From Myxococcota bacterium (GTDB taxonomy: Bacteria > Myxococcota_A > Polyangia > Polyangiales > Houyiibacteriaceae), in the NCBI GenBank assembly GCA_039030515.1, contig JBCCEA010000013.1:38974-102973 (forward strand): a stretch of 64,000 nt of DNA. Reading direction: 5' to 3'. The position numbers and the translations under genes were made by a program. Under the pieces are notes generated by a model that saw nothing but the letters and a program-made list of their open reading frames with translations, had not been told where the DNA came from and made no database searches. Numbering within the stretch: the first letter of the stretch is position 1; each line of letters starts with the position of its first letter. This document shows positions 9,600-18,228 of the stretch, one piece after another.

Positions 9600-11324
9600 T
9601 TGACGGCCCCATCGCTACCTACTCCTCAGGGGATGTGGCTTCGCCTCGTCGGAATCGCAGCGGTCCTGGGCGGCATCGCGAGCTGCTGGTTCACCCTCAC
9701 CGCTCTTTTGTTTGTCGGCTGTTCTTGGGCGAATCTAGGTTCGATCGGTCGCCTTGCAGCCGTGCTGTTCTCCGCGTTACTGGTCGGTGTCGGCGTTGGC
9801 GGCGTGTGGGCGATGTCTCTTGCCGTGCCGCTTTACCGTGGGCTTCAGAGAGTCCTTTCGCGTTCCCACCTTCAGGAGACACCTCCACCCTCGATCGCGG
9901 CGGTCCGAGATACCTTTGAGGCGCCCGCGACAATGATGGCTTCGGCCGGCGTGATGGTCGGTACGGTCTTGGTCCTCGAGTTTCTTCGGTTGGCACAGTT
10001 TGGACGATTCGACGAGCGTTTGGGATTTGGCGTTTTGCTACACGCGACGTCGATCTGTTTGGCGTTTCTCTATCCGCTTTTGCTTCTCTGGAGGCGCGCT
10101 CTTTGGGTTTGGCTTGATCGGCTCGATCCAATGGACGTGCCGATCAAGTTCCGAACTCGCTTGGCGGGCGGCACCCTGAGGCGGGGGCTCCTGCTGCTGG
10201 TCAGCATGCTGCTTTCCTTCGTCGCCATGCTCGCGGCTCACAACTCAATGTCAGAAGTGAAGCCGATGGCCCTTCTCGGCATCTCCTTTTCTTTCGTCGT
10301 ACTGCTCACCCTGACGGCTCTATTTGCAAGGCGCCTTGGACAGCTTATTGCTGACGATGTGCGAAGACTGAGCGCTAGGATGGCGGTACTTCTCGGTAGC
10401 GGCTTAGCCGGGCGTCGAGCCGGTCCTTCAACGCATCCTTTTCGAACCCGTGCCGCTGCTGAACTCTCCGACGGGATTCAGGAACTGGTCGATAAGTACG
10501 GAATGCTTCAGCGGGAAGAGCTGCGCGCGCGCAGTGCGGTAGAAGAGGCGCAGAGACTCAAGAGTAGATTCCTAGCGTATATGAGTCACGATCTGAGAAG
10601 TCCGCTCAACTCTATTCGAGGTTTCGCCGAGATTCTTGCGCGGCAAACCGACGGACCACTAAACGCGCAGCAACTCGAAAGCGTGCACATGATTCGAGAA
10701 AGCGGTGATGATCTGCTTCGGCTTGTGACCGATATTTTGGACTCGGCCCGATTGGAGGCAGGGCGCCTGGAGCTGCATCGTCAGTGGGTGCCGCCGATCG
10801 AACTCCTGACCGAAGCCGTGAATCGAGCACTCGGCGCGGTTGGGCAAGATGTTTCGGTAGATACAGAGGTCTCTGCAGGGCTCCCCCCAGTGCGCGTGGA
10901 TGGAGGACGCATTGTTCAAGCCCTCACTTCAGTGCTCGTGCACACGCTTCGTGGCGTGCAGCGAGGGCAATTGAGGATTCAAGCGTCGCTATCTAGCCCG
11001 TCTTCCGATGACGGCGAGTCCGTTGCAGCACCTTCGCTCCACATTGAGATTACCGATCCGAACGGGGTGGTTGGACCTCAGGCTCGGCGAAGGATTAGTG
11101 CGGCATTTGACGAGCGTAAACGGCCGGCACCCCAAAGCGTTGGAGGAGTGGATTTGGGCTTGGGTTTGGCCCGGGCACTGGTCGTAGAACACGGAGGTGA
11201 CCTCTGGTACCGCCATGAGAAGTTCACCGCTCTGATTCTGCGGCTCCCGGTCGACGGACCTCGCTCCCCAGCAGCCAATGCCCGTGCTTCAAATCTGGCG
11301 AAATACTCTGAATTTTCTGAGTAG
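9600..11324 (+). CDS. Multi-TM histidine kinase-like protein with intact H-box and degenerate ATPase domain
   Basis: H-box MSHDLRSPLNSI. N-box reads QALTSVLVHTLRG and G1 reads ITDPNGVV. G2 is partial (DLGLGL). Confidence 0.85.
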   Translation: MTAPSLPTPQGMWLRLVGIAAVLGGIASCWFTLTALLFVGCSWANLGSIGRLAAVLFSALLVGVGVGGVWAMSLAVPLYRGLQRVLSRSHLQETPPPSIAAVRDTFEAPATMMASAGVMVGTVLVLEFLRLAQFGRFDERLGFGVLLHATSICLAFLYPLLLLWRRALWVWLDRLDPMDVPIKFRTRLAGGTLRRGLLLLVSMLLSFVAMLAAHNSMSEVKPMALLGISFSFVVLLTLTALFARRLGQLIADDVRRLSARMAVLLGSGLAGRRAGPSTHPFRTRAAAELSDGIQELVDKYGMLQREELRARSAVEEAQRLKSRFLAYMSHDLRSPLNSIRGFAEILARQTDGPLNAQQLESVHMIRESGDDLLRLVTDILDSARLEAGRLELHRQWVPPIELLTEAVNRALGAVGQDVSVDTEVSAGLPPVRVDGGRIVQALTSVLVHTLRGVQRGQLRIQASLSSPSSDDGESVAAPSLHIEITDPNGVVGPQARRRISAAFDERKRPAPQSVGGVDLGLGLARALVVEHGGDLWYRHEKFTALILRLPVDGPRSPAANARASNLAKYSEFSE

Positions 11325-11393
11325 CGAGTAAATCTGGAGCTGGCGTTGACGCTGATTCTTTTATCATAGTAAGAATCGACCGAGGCCTCGGAG

Positions 11394-12644
11394 TTGTCTT
11401 CCATTAAAGCCCTAAATTTTTGGTCACTCTCCGATGTTGGGCGGGAGCGCGATCACAACGAAGACAGCCTCCTCATCGACGAAGACCTCCGCCTATTTAT
11501 TTGCGCAGATGGCATGGGCGGGCACGCGGCGGGTGAGGTGGCTAGCTCGATGGCGTCCCGAATCATACGTGATGTGCTCGCTGCGGAGGCGTCCATGCTC
11601 AGAGACTATGCGGAGGGTAGCGAGCGCACGAGTCGAATCGAAGTGCTCCGACTCCTCGAGTCCAGCGTGCAGCGCGCATGCACTGCCCTGTACGAACAAG
11701 GGGTACGCGACGAAACAAAACGGGGTATGGGGACCACGGTAGAGGCACTCCTTATCGTTGCCAATCGCGGATTCATCGCGCACGTCGGTGATTCGCGGAT
11801 TTACCTACATCGACAAGGTTCGACCCATCAGCTGACCGAAGATCATTCTTTGATCAACGAGCTGCTGAAGAGAGGTCGCCTCACCCGAGCTCAAATCGAG
11901 AAAATCCATTACAAAAATGCGGTGACTCGTGCGGTTGGGGTCTATGAAAACGTCGAAGTGGATGTGTTCGACTTCGACGTACTCGCGGGGGATAGTTTCT
12001 TGCTGTGCTCCGACGGCCTGAGCGGTTACCTCCAAGACGGTGAACTATCGACACTCTTCGAGGATTGCGCTCATGAGGATCTCGCACGGCATCTGATCGA
12101 TCTCGCGAACAGCCGCGGAGGTCGCGACAACATTACGGCGATCGTCGTGCATATTCCCGCGGTCGAAACCGGTATCGATCGGTTGGCCCGCGAGGTTCAC
12201 CTAAAAATCGAACTCCTGCACCAGATGCCGCTGTTTCGCTTACTCAACTACCAAGAGTTGGTCCGGGTACTCAACAGCACCTCGGTCTGCACCTTTGACG
12301 CAGGAGCGTCCATTATGCGCGAGGGAGAGGAGGGCGATGCGCTGTTTATCATTCTCGAAGGAGAGGTTCGGGTGCATGCCGGCGAAACGACCATTGCCAA
12401 TTTTGGCAGCGGTCAACATTTTGGCGAAATGGCGCTACTCGATAAGTCGAGTCGTAGTGCCAGCGTGACCAGCCGTACCGATTCCAAACTGCTGTGTATC
12501 CGCCGAGCCGCGTTTTTTGACCTGGTGCGGAACCATCATGACCTCGCCGTGAAGCTGCTGTGGAGCTTTCTCGGAGTGCTTTCTCAAAGGCTCCGCCTCA
12601 CCTCGAAAGAGCTGCAAGAGATCAAACAACAATTCAGCGTTTAG
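11394..12644 (+). CDS. PP2C/Stp1-family Ser/Thr phosphatase fused to a C-terminal cyclic-nucleotide-binding domain
   Basis: NEDS, ADGMGGH, HVGDSR, CSDGL and GRDNIT PP2C motifs. cNMP domain EGEEGDALFIILEGEV...FGEMALL...RSA. Confidence 0.93.
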   Translation: MSSIKALNFWSLSDVGRERDHNEDSLLIDEDLRLFICADGMGGHAAGEVASSMASRIIRDVLAAEASMLRDYAEGSERTSRIEVLRLLESSVQRACTALYEQGVRDETKRGMGTTVEALLIVANRGFIAHVGDSRIYLHRQGSTHQLTEDHSLINELLKRGRLTRAQIEKIHYKNAVTRAVGVYENVEVDVFDFDVLAGDSFLLCSDGLSGYLQDGELSTLFEDCAHEDLARHLIDLANSRGGRDNITAIVVHIPAVETGIDRLAREVHLKIELLHQMPLFRLLNYQELVRVLNSTSVCTFDAGASIMREGEEGDALFIILEGEVRVHAGETTIANFGSGQHFGEMALLDKSSRSASVTSRTDSKLLCIRRAAFFDLVRNHHDLAVKLLWSFLGVLSQRLRLTSKELQEIKQQFSV

Positions 12645-12716
12645 GTAGACGCTCCCTGAGTCGAATCTCCTGCAGCTGGGCGCTGGAGTAGAAGTCTGTC
12701 ACGAGGTCTCTGCCGC

Positions 12717-13619
12717 CTACCCTTCGTCGAGAGCGCTCTGAGTATCTGACGTGTTCGCTGGTGACAGACCGTTCTTTGCCTCGATCAGAAGTTTGTAAGC
12801 GTCGCTTTGCGGGATTCCCGCGGCGCCAGAGAGCATTTGTGCTGCTTGCTTAGTGGGTGTCTCTTGCAGTTGCTGAATCAGCTCCGAAACGTCGGCTTTT
12901 GGAACGCTAGAATCCACGCTTTTTGCGGAAACCACGATGGTGACCTCACCCCGAAGCCGCTGCGGCAGCTTTTCGCACAGCTCCCGAGCGCTTCCCGAGA
13001 GGATCTCCTCGAAGGCTTTGGTGAGTTCACGGCACAGCGCGACCGGACGGTCACCCAGAATTTCTGCAAGCTCAAGGAGCGTTGGGCGGACGCGTCTTGG
13101 AGATTCAAAAAAGACCGATGCTGCCGAGTCGAGCCGAATCGTTTCGAGGAACTGAGCGCGTTCCCCTCCCTTTCGCGGTAGAAAACCGAGGAATCTGAAC
13201 CGATCGACCCGAACCCCCGCAACGCTGATCGCAGCGGTTACGGCGCTCACTCCGGGTATTGCCTCCACGATGATTCCGCTCTCTCGAGCTGACGACACCA
13301 GATGTGCACCCGGGTCGCTGATCAGTGGCGTTCCTGCGTCGCTGACCAACGCGAGCTGCGCTCCGGCTTTCAGTTCTTCAAGGATTCCCTGAGCGCTGTG
13401 TGAGCTGCTGTGGGCATGAAACGCCCTTAAAGGTGTCTTGATCTGATGATACTGACTGAGCGTTCGCGTTCTGCGCGTATCTTCAGCAAGGATCGCATCA
13501 ACTTGGCCGAGCACCCGCAGTGCGCGAAGGGTGATGTCTTCGAGATTTCCTATCGGAGTGGCCACGATGAAAAGTCGTCCCTTCCCATCCCGCACTCCCC
13601 CTGCTTCTCGTCGGTTCAC
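12717..13619 (-). CDS. rsmI: 16S rRNA (cytidine1402-2'-O)-methyltransferase
   Basis: LFIVATPIGNLEDITLRAL, AEDTR, SDAGTPLISDPG, FESPRR, RELTK motifs. Confidence 0.95.
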   Translation of the reverse strand: MNRREAGGVRDGKGRLFIVATPIGNLEDITLRALRVLGQVDAILAEDTRRTRTLSQYHQIKTPLRAFHAHSSSHSAQGILEELKAGAQLALVSDAGTPLISDPGAHLVSSARESGIIVEAIPGVSAVTAAISVAGVRVDRFRFLGFLPRKGGERAQFLETIRLDSAASVFFESPRRVRPTLLELAEILGDRPVALCRELTKAFEEILSGSARELCEKLPQRLRGEVTIVVSAKSVDSSVPKADVSELIQQLQETPTKQAAQMLSGAAGIPQSDAYKLLIEAKNGLSPANTSDTQSALDEG

Positions 13620-14626
13620 GGGTTCTCGTAGACATCGAGGATGTGCGAACCGAGTTCTGAGTCGAGGTAGTCGCGTAGTTTTTGGATCAGTCGTTTTTCG
13701 ATCTGTCGCACTCTTTCGCGGCTCACTCCGAACCCGTCTCCGAGCTGCTGTAGTGTTTGTGGATCTTCCGAAAGAAGGCGTTTTTCAAAAATCGCTTGTT
13801 CTTTTCCTTTGAGAAGTGCGCCGAACTCATGGATCTTCTCGGTGAGTCGATCGTGGATTTCCTCGTCGGCGATGATTTCGTCGATGGCGCCCATGCCGCC
13901 GGGAAGCAGTTCTACTCGAGAGACTTGGCGCCCCTCGTTGTTTCCAACAGGTGCATCGAGTGAGAGCTCACCGGCGGAAAGGCGTCGATCCATCGAAACC
14001 ACGTCTTTGGTCGGCACGTTGAGATTTTCAGCGATTTTTTCAGGAGTCGCCTCGATCCCCATCGCAGCCAGGCGAGCCTGCTCTTTCTTGAGATTAAAAA
14101 AGAGTTTTCGTTGGGCTTGCGTGGTTCCAACTTTCACGAGTCGGTGGTTGTTCAGGATAAATCTCAGAATGTAGGCGCGAATCCACCAAGCCGCATAGCT
14201 GGAGAGCTTTACCCCCTTATAGGGATCATACTTTCGCACAGCCTGCATCAATCCGATGTTGCCCTCTTGGACGAGGTCGAGGATGTTCCGATACGCCCGC
14301 CGATAGTCGTAGGCGATTTTGACCACCAACCGCAGGTTTGCGGTGACCAGCCGATGCGCGGTTTTCACGTTTCCCGTTTCTACGTAGTGTACCGCCAGCT
14401 CGTGTTCTTCCTCGGGTTTCAACAGCTCATAACGTTGAACTTCGGTCATGTACTGCGCGAGCGGGTCCCGACGACTCACGTCAGATGAAGTGTCTCCGGA
14501 GCGCACGGGCAGCGACGTGGCTGCTGCATCATCGTTATGTATTTCGGTACCGGTGGCGTTTCCGAGTATTGTTTCCGGATCCAACTCGTCGTCGGTGTTC
14601 GGTTCTGTCATGGTCAGCGAAGACAT
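13616..14626 (-). CDS. rpoH: RNA polymerase sigma-32 family factor
   Basis: Region 2 ANLRLVVKIA, DLVQEGNIGL, YAAWWIRA. RpoH box TTQAQRKLFFNL. Region 4 VSRERVRQIE. Confidence 0.9.
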   Translation of the reverse strand: MSSLTMTEPNTDDELDPETILGNATGTEIHNDDAAATSLPVRSGDTSSDVSRRDPLAQYMTEVQRYELLKPEEEHELAVHYVETGNVKTAHRLVTANLRLVVKIAYDYRRAYRNILDLVQEGNIGLMQAVRKYDPYKGVKLSSYAAWWIRAYILRFILNNHRLVKVGTTQAQRKLFFNLKKEQARLAAMGIEATPEKIAENLNVPTKDVVSMDRRLSAGELSLDAPVGNNEGRQVSRVELLPGGMGAIDEIIADEEIHDRLTEKIHEFGALLKGKEQAIFEKRLLSEDPQTLQQLGDGFGVSRERVRQIEKRLIQKLRDYLDSELGSHILDVYENP

Positions 14627-14702
14627 TCCTTGTACAAGTACGCGTCAGTACCTGGCTGCGTTACCAAACTGATGTACTGCATCGCATTGGGTTTTTTGGA
14701 GT

Positions 14703-15074
14703 CTATGTTTCATCGTCAACTCCAAAGACTGCGCCGTACTCCGAAGGCTTAAATCCCACGACGACGTTTGTTCCGCTCTCTAGGATGGGTCGCTTGATCA
14801 GCATTCCATCTTCGGCCAGCGCCTCTAGTGCTTCATCGTCTGAAACGGAGTTTAGTTTTGAGGACCATCCTCCCTCTCGGTATGCCTTGCCAGAGGTATT
14901 GAACATCTTGCGCAAAGGCAGCCCGGAGTTCTGCCAGTAGCGCTTCAGTTGCGACTTAGAAGGAGGTTCTTGCTGGATATGGATCGACTCATAACCCACG
15001 CCGTGCTGATCTAGCCATCGAAGCGCCTTCTTACAGGAACTACAGTTGGGGTAGTACAAAATCCTGACGGCCAT
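14703..15074 (-). CDS. ArsC/Spx family protein (YffB/YusI-like)
   Basis: N-terminal CSSCKKA, FNTSG..YRE, MLIKRP, VVGF. Confidence 0.88.
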   Translation of the reverse strand: MAVRILYYPNCSSCKKALRWLDQHGVGYESIHIQQEPPSKSQLKRYWQNSGLPLRKMFNTSGKAYREGGWSSKLNSVSDDEALEALAEDGMLIKRPILESGTNVVVGFKPSEYGAVFGVDDET

Positions 15075-15175
15075 GAACGCGGCGTAAATCGGAACCTGTG
15101 CTTTGGCAAGCTGTTCCCAGGGGCTGCCCAGACGTCTTCTGCTCTCTTTTCGAATTGGTTAGTATTTCAGAGCAC

Positions 15176-16186
15176 CTATCCCGAACTGCCGGGTGCGAGT
15201 GCTCCTCCGGCAGGAACCATTCGAACGCCGCCGGCCACTGAGCCCCCCAGCCGAAACTGCAGCGCCTCGTCACGGGTCCTTGCCGGACGAAGTTGGGGCA
15301 CGTTGTCGAGAACCAAAAAGAGACGCTCGGTCACTTCGTTTCGTTTCCGATAGGCTTCGAGAAACTCCAGTCTGAGGAGGATATCGAGTCGTGAGCGCTT
15401 CAAGGGAGACAACAGTCGCACGGTTCCTGAGCCGGCGATGCGTGCATCCTCTCCATCAGCCTTCAGTTCCTCGATGGTGGCTTTACCCTCAGAAATATTC
15501 ATATTAAGTGCGAGTTCACCCAAAGAAAGACGCTCCACGGTCAGTCCGTTGCGAAGCATGGGAACGGCGGCAATTTTGAGCTTGCCGCCCTCGATACTGG
15601 CGTCTTTTATCGCGAATTCGGCGCTGCCGGTTGCCTCGGCAGTGACTTCCGGTACCTCGAGTGTCAGGGCTCCGGTCAATCGACCTCCTACGGGAAGTCC
15701 CACATAGTTCTCGATGATGCCCACCTGCCGGAGGTTCAGGTCCTCGATATCCACGGATGCAGAGATATGGCGCCCCGATTTGGTCAACGAGCCTTCGAAT
15801 GTGCCGCCAGCCAGCTCTAGTTTGAAGTCCAGCTTTTGAGTGCCGATGAGGAGCCTGAGAAGCGATATTTGCGCCACTACGCTATCGATCGCGAGCGCAT
15901 ATGTGGAGTCCGCGTCCATCTCGGACGGCTCGATCACTCGAACCCCCTCAAGCTGGACTCCGCTGAGCCAATAAGGGCGTAGGCTGTCTATCTCAAGGTG
16001 CCTGCCGCGACCGTCGGCTCGTTGGTTTGCGGAGCGTTCGAACTCCTGAACTAGGTAATCGCGAATTCGGTTCCAAGGAAAAGTCCAATAGAAGAACAGT
16101 AGAAAGATCGAGATAAAAAAGGAGATGTAGCCCGTCCACGCGAGGGCTTTCTTTCTTCCGGGCGGCCACGGTTTTATCGAGTTCAT
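15176..16186 (-). CDS. gspN: Type II secretion system protein GspN
   Basis: Single N-terminal TM followed by TFPWNR, a beta-rich periplasmic domain, and last position in the gsp operon. Confidence 0.8.
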   Translation of the reverse strand: MNSIKPWPPGRKKALAWTGYISFFISIFLLFFYWTFPWNRIRDYLVQEFERSANQRADGRGRHLEIDSLRPYWLSGVQLEGVRVIEPSEMDADSTYALAIDSVVAQISLLRLLIGTQKLDFKLELAGGTFEGSLTKSGRHISASVDIEDLNLRQVGIIENYVGLPVGGRLTGALTLEVPEVTAEATGSAEFAIKDASIEGGKLKIAAVPMLRNGLTVERLSLGELALNMNISEGKATIEELKADGEDARIAGSGTVRLLSPLKRSRLDILLRLEFLEAYRKRNEVTERLFLVLDNVPQLRPARTRDEALQFRLGGSVAGGVRMVPAGGALAPGSSG

Positions 16187-16752
16187 CGATTCCGGCTTTC
16201 GGCGGTATCCGCGGCATGCTCGTAGCTGATCACGTCGAGTTGCATATTGTAGCTATCTCCGCTCCGGAAGTGTTCGATCTGTATCCGTTTGAGCGCTACT
16301 GGATATGCGCTGTTGTCGATGTGGGCCATGAGCTCTATCGAGGGGCGGAGGCCAACGCGGGGGAGGCTGACCCGCAGATGTCTTCTCTTAAACCCACCGG
16401 AAACTCGCTCTGGCTGAGGTGTGGTTTCCCGCACTTGAAGACCGACCTCTTCGCCCAGCGTCGCCACCAGCTGTCTCAGAGCGGGGGCGCTCTGTGCATA
16501 TCGTTGCTTGGAGGCCTCTGCCCGTGCCTGCTGCGCTTCAAGATGGGTTCGCGACCGATCGAGGTCTCGCAATACAGAGGCGAGCTGCCGGTTTTCCTCC
16601 TCCAGCTGACCCATCGATCGAAGTACGAGGAGCACTGGAAGCATGACGAGGAGCGCTAGGGCCACCGCTCCCAGCAAACCGACCAGTTTCTGTTCGCGGT
16701 CGTTCAGATTCTCGTAGGCAGAGCGCATCGATGCGATGAGATCAGCGGTCAC
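16183..16752 (-). CDS. gspM: Type II secretion system protein GspM
   Basis: LNDREQKLV, then TM and coiled coil. Lies between gspL and gspN. Confidence 0.8.
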   Translation of the reverse strand: MTADLIASMRSAYENLNDREQKLVGLLGAVALALLVMLPVLLVLRSMGQLEEENRQLASVLRDLDRSRTHLEAQQARAEASKQRYAQSAPALRQLVATLGEEVGLQVRETTPQPERVSGGFKRRHLRVSLPRVGLRPSIELMAHIDNSAYPVALKRIQIEHFRSGDSYNMQLDVISYEHAADTAESRNR

Positions 16753-18220
16753 GGTGGTCTCCTTCCGCCGAGCTGGAGGGGTCCATGCAGCGAACGATCG
16801 CCGAGATTTGGTAGTTGACTCGGTCTTCGGCTGCGGGCGTCGTGCGGCCCTGCTCTACATTCTGAAAACACTCGTGCTCTTGCAGTCCCGTAGTGAGCTT
16901 GTCGAACGCTTCAACCCCGTCGAGCGTTCCTTGTAGATCCAGCTCCCCTTCGCCGTCCTCGTCTCCCACATCTACCGTGAGTCGCCGAACATCGTGGGTC
17001 GCCTCCGCGGGTAGGCTCGACGAAACGACCGAGATCGTATCGAACGCATCGAACTTCGGCAGAGGGTCGGGGTTTTGTAGTCCGCCAGCAAGTAGATCAC
17101 GGGCTTGGGCAGCGCTTTTTACTCCGCGGCCGAAGAGATGTTCGGTTGTTTGTGCGAGCTGCGCCTGAAGTGCGTCTCGTTCGGTGTCGAGCGCCACCCA
17201 GCGGGCGAACGTCGAGAAGAGAAAGGAGAGCGCGATGGCGATCGAGCAACCGATGAGGAGCTTGGTATGTTGCCGGACGTTGCTGAGGGTCCTCTGAGGC
17301 GTGAACTCTCCCTGAAGTAGATTGACGCGCTTCCGCTTGTCGGTGGCGCCCGCCGCGAGAGCGAGTGAGCGCATCGCTCTCGGTCCCAGTTCGGCAGACT
17401 CGTCCTCGGGGACCGGTGCCGGTAGCGGTGCGGTAGGACATCCCAGCAACTCGCTGAGCCAGGCACACCATTTGGAATCGGTGGCCAGTGTTCCCCCGAG
17501 GTATGCCTGCACGGGAGCCTCCTTACCCTCGGCTCGATAGCGTGCGAAAGTTCGGTAGAGCGCCTGCTCAAGCTCTGCAGCGTTGCCTCCGTCGACCGCA
17601 ACAAATCCTGCGGATGCGGTTCTAGCAAACTCAGTAGTTCCCTTGTTGACGATGCAAATGTCCGAGGAGTGCTCTCGTATATCCATCAAGACCGAGGGGC
17701 CTTCGGAGGAGAGTTCCGGGATCACCGAGGTCAAGGCTTCGAGACAAAGCGGTCCCACCCGCATCGAAGCCGGCTGAACCTGAACGTCACTCAACGCGCC
17801 TAGGTGTTTGGCGATTTTTGTGCGAGGTGCCGCACACGCCACCAGCGAAAGCATGGTTTCACTTTGGCTCGTGATCTGGTGGTCGATGATGGTTTCGGCG
17901 ATATCGAAGGGAATCACCGACTCCAGCTCGAAAGGAAGCACCTCTGAAATCCGTTTTACGGCACCCACCGGCAACTCTATCTGACGTAGCGATACCTCGT
18001 CTCCGTCGATCGCTATATGCACCTGCTCTGCAGGTCTATCCGCAAGATAGATCGCCTGATGAATGGCCGTATGCAGATGTTCCGTGGCGCTTGCTGGATC
18101 TTCAAGTGACTCCACCGCAACCTCGACGTAGGCGACGACGTCACTTCGGCGAAGGGTCGTTCGCATATGGGTTGCGCGGACGATAGCGTGTTGAATGTCG
18201 AGTCCGACGATGCGTGCCAT
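16742..18220 (-). CDS. gspL: Type II secretion system protein GspL (PilM/actin-like cytoplasmic domain, TM, periplasmic domain)
   Basis: Start set at MARIVGLDI (ATG 18220, GGAG upstream). LPFELESVIPF, NLLQGEF, TM, operon position. Confidence 0.85.
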   Translation of the reverse strand: MARIVGLDIQHAIVRATHMRTTLRRSDVVAYVEVAVESLEDPASATEHLHTAIHQAIYLADRPAEQVHIAIDGDEVSLRQIELPVGAVKRISEVLPFELESVIPFDIAETIIDHQITSQSETMLSLVACAAPRTKIAKHLGALSDVQVQPASMRVGPLCLEALTSVIPELSSEGPSVLMDIREHSSDICIVNKGTTEFARTASAGFVAVDGGNAAELEQALYRTFARYRAEGKEAPVQAYLGGTLATDSKWCAWLSELLGCPTAPLPAPVPEDESAELGPRAMRSLALAAGATDKRKRVNLLQGEFTPQRTLSNVRQHTKLLIGCSIAIALSFLFSTFARWVALDTERDALQAQLAQTTEHLFGRGVKSAAQARDLLAGGLQNPDPLPKFDAFDTISVVSSSLPAEATHDVRRLTVDVGDEDGEGELDLQGTLDGVEAFDKLTTGLQEHECFQNVEQGRTTPAAEDRVNYQISAIVRCMDPSSSAEGDHRDR

Positions 18221-18228
18221 GGCCCTGA

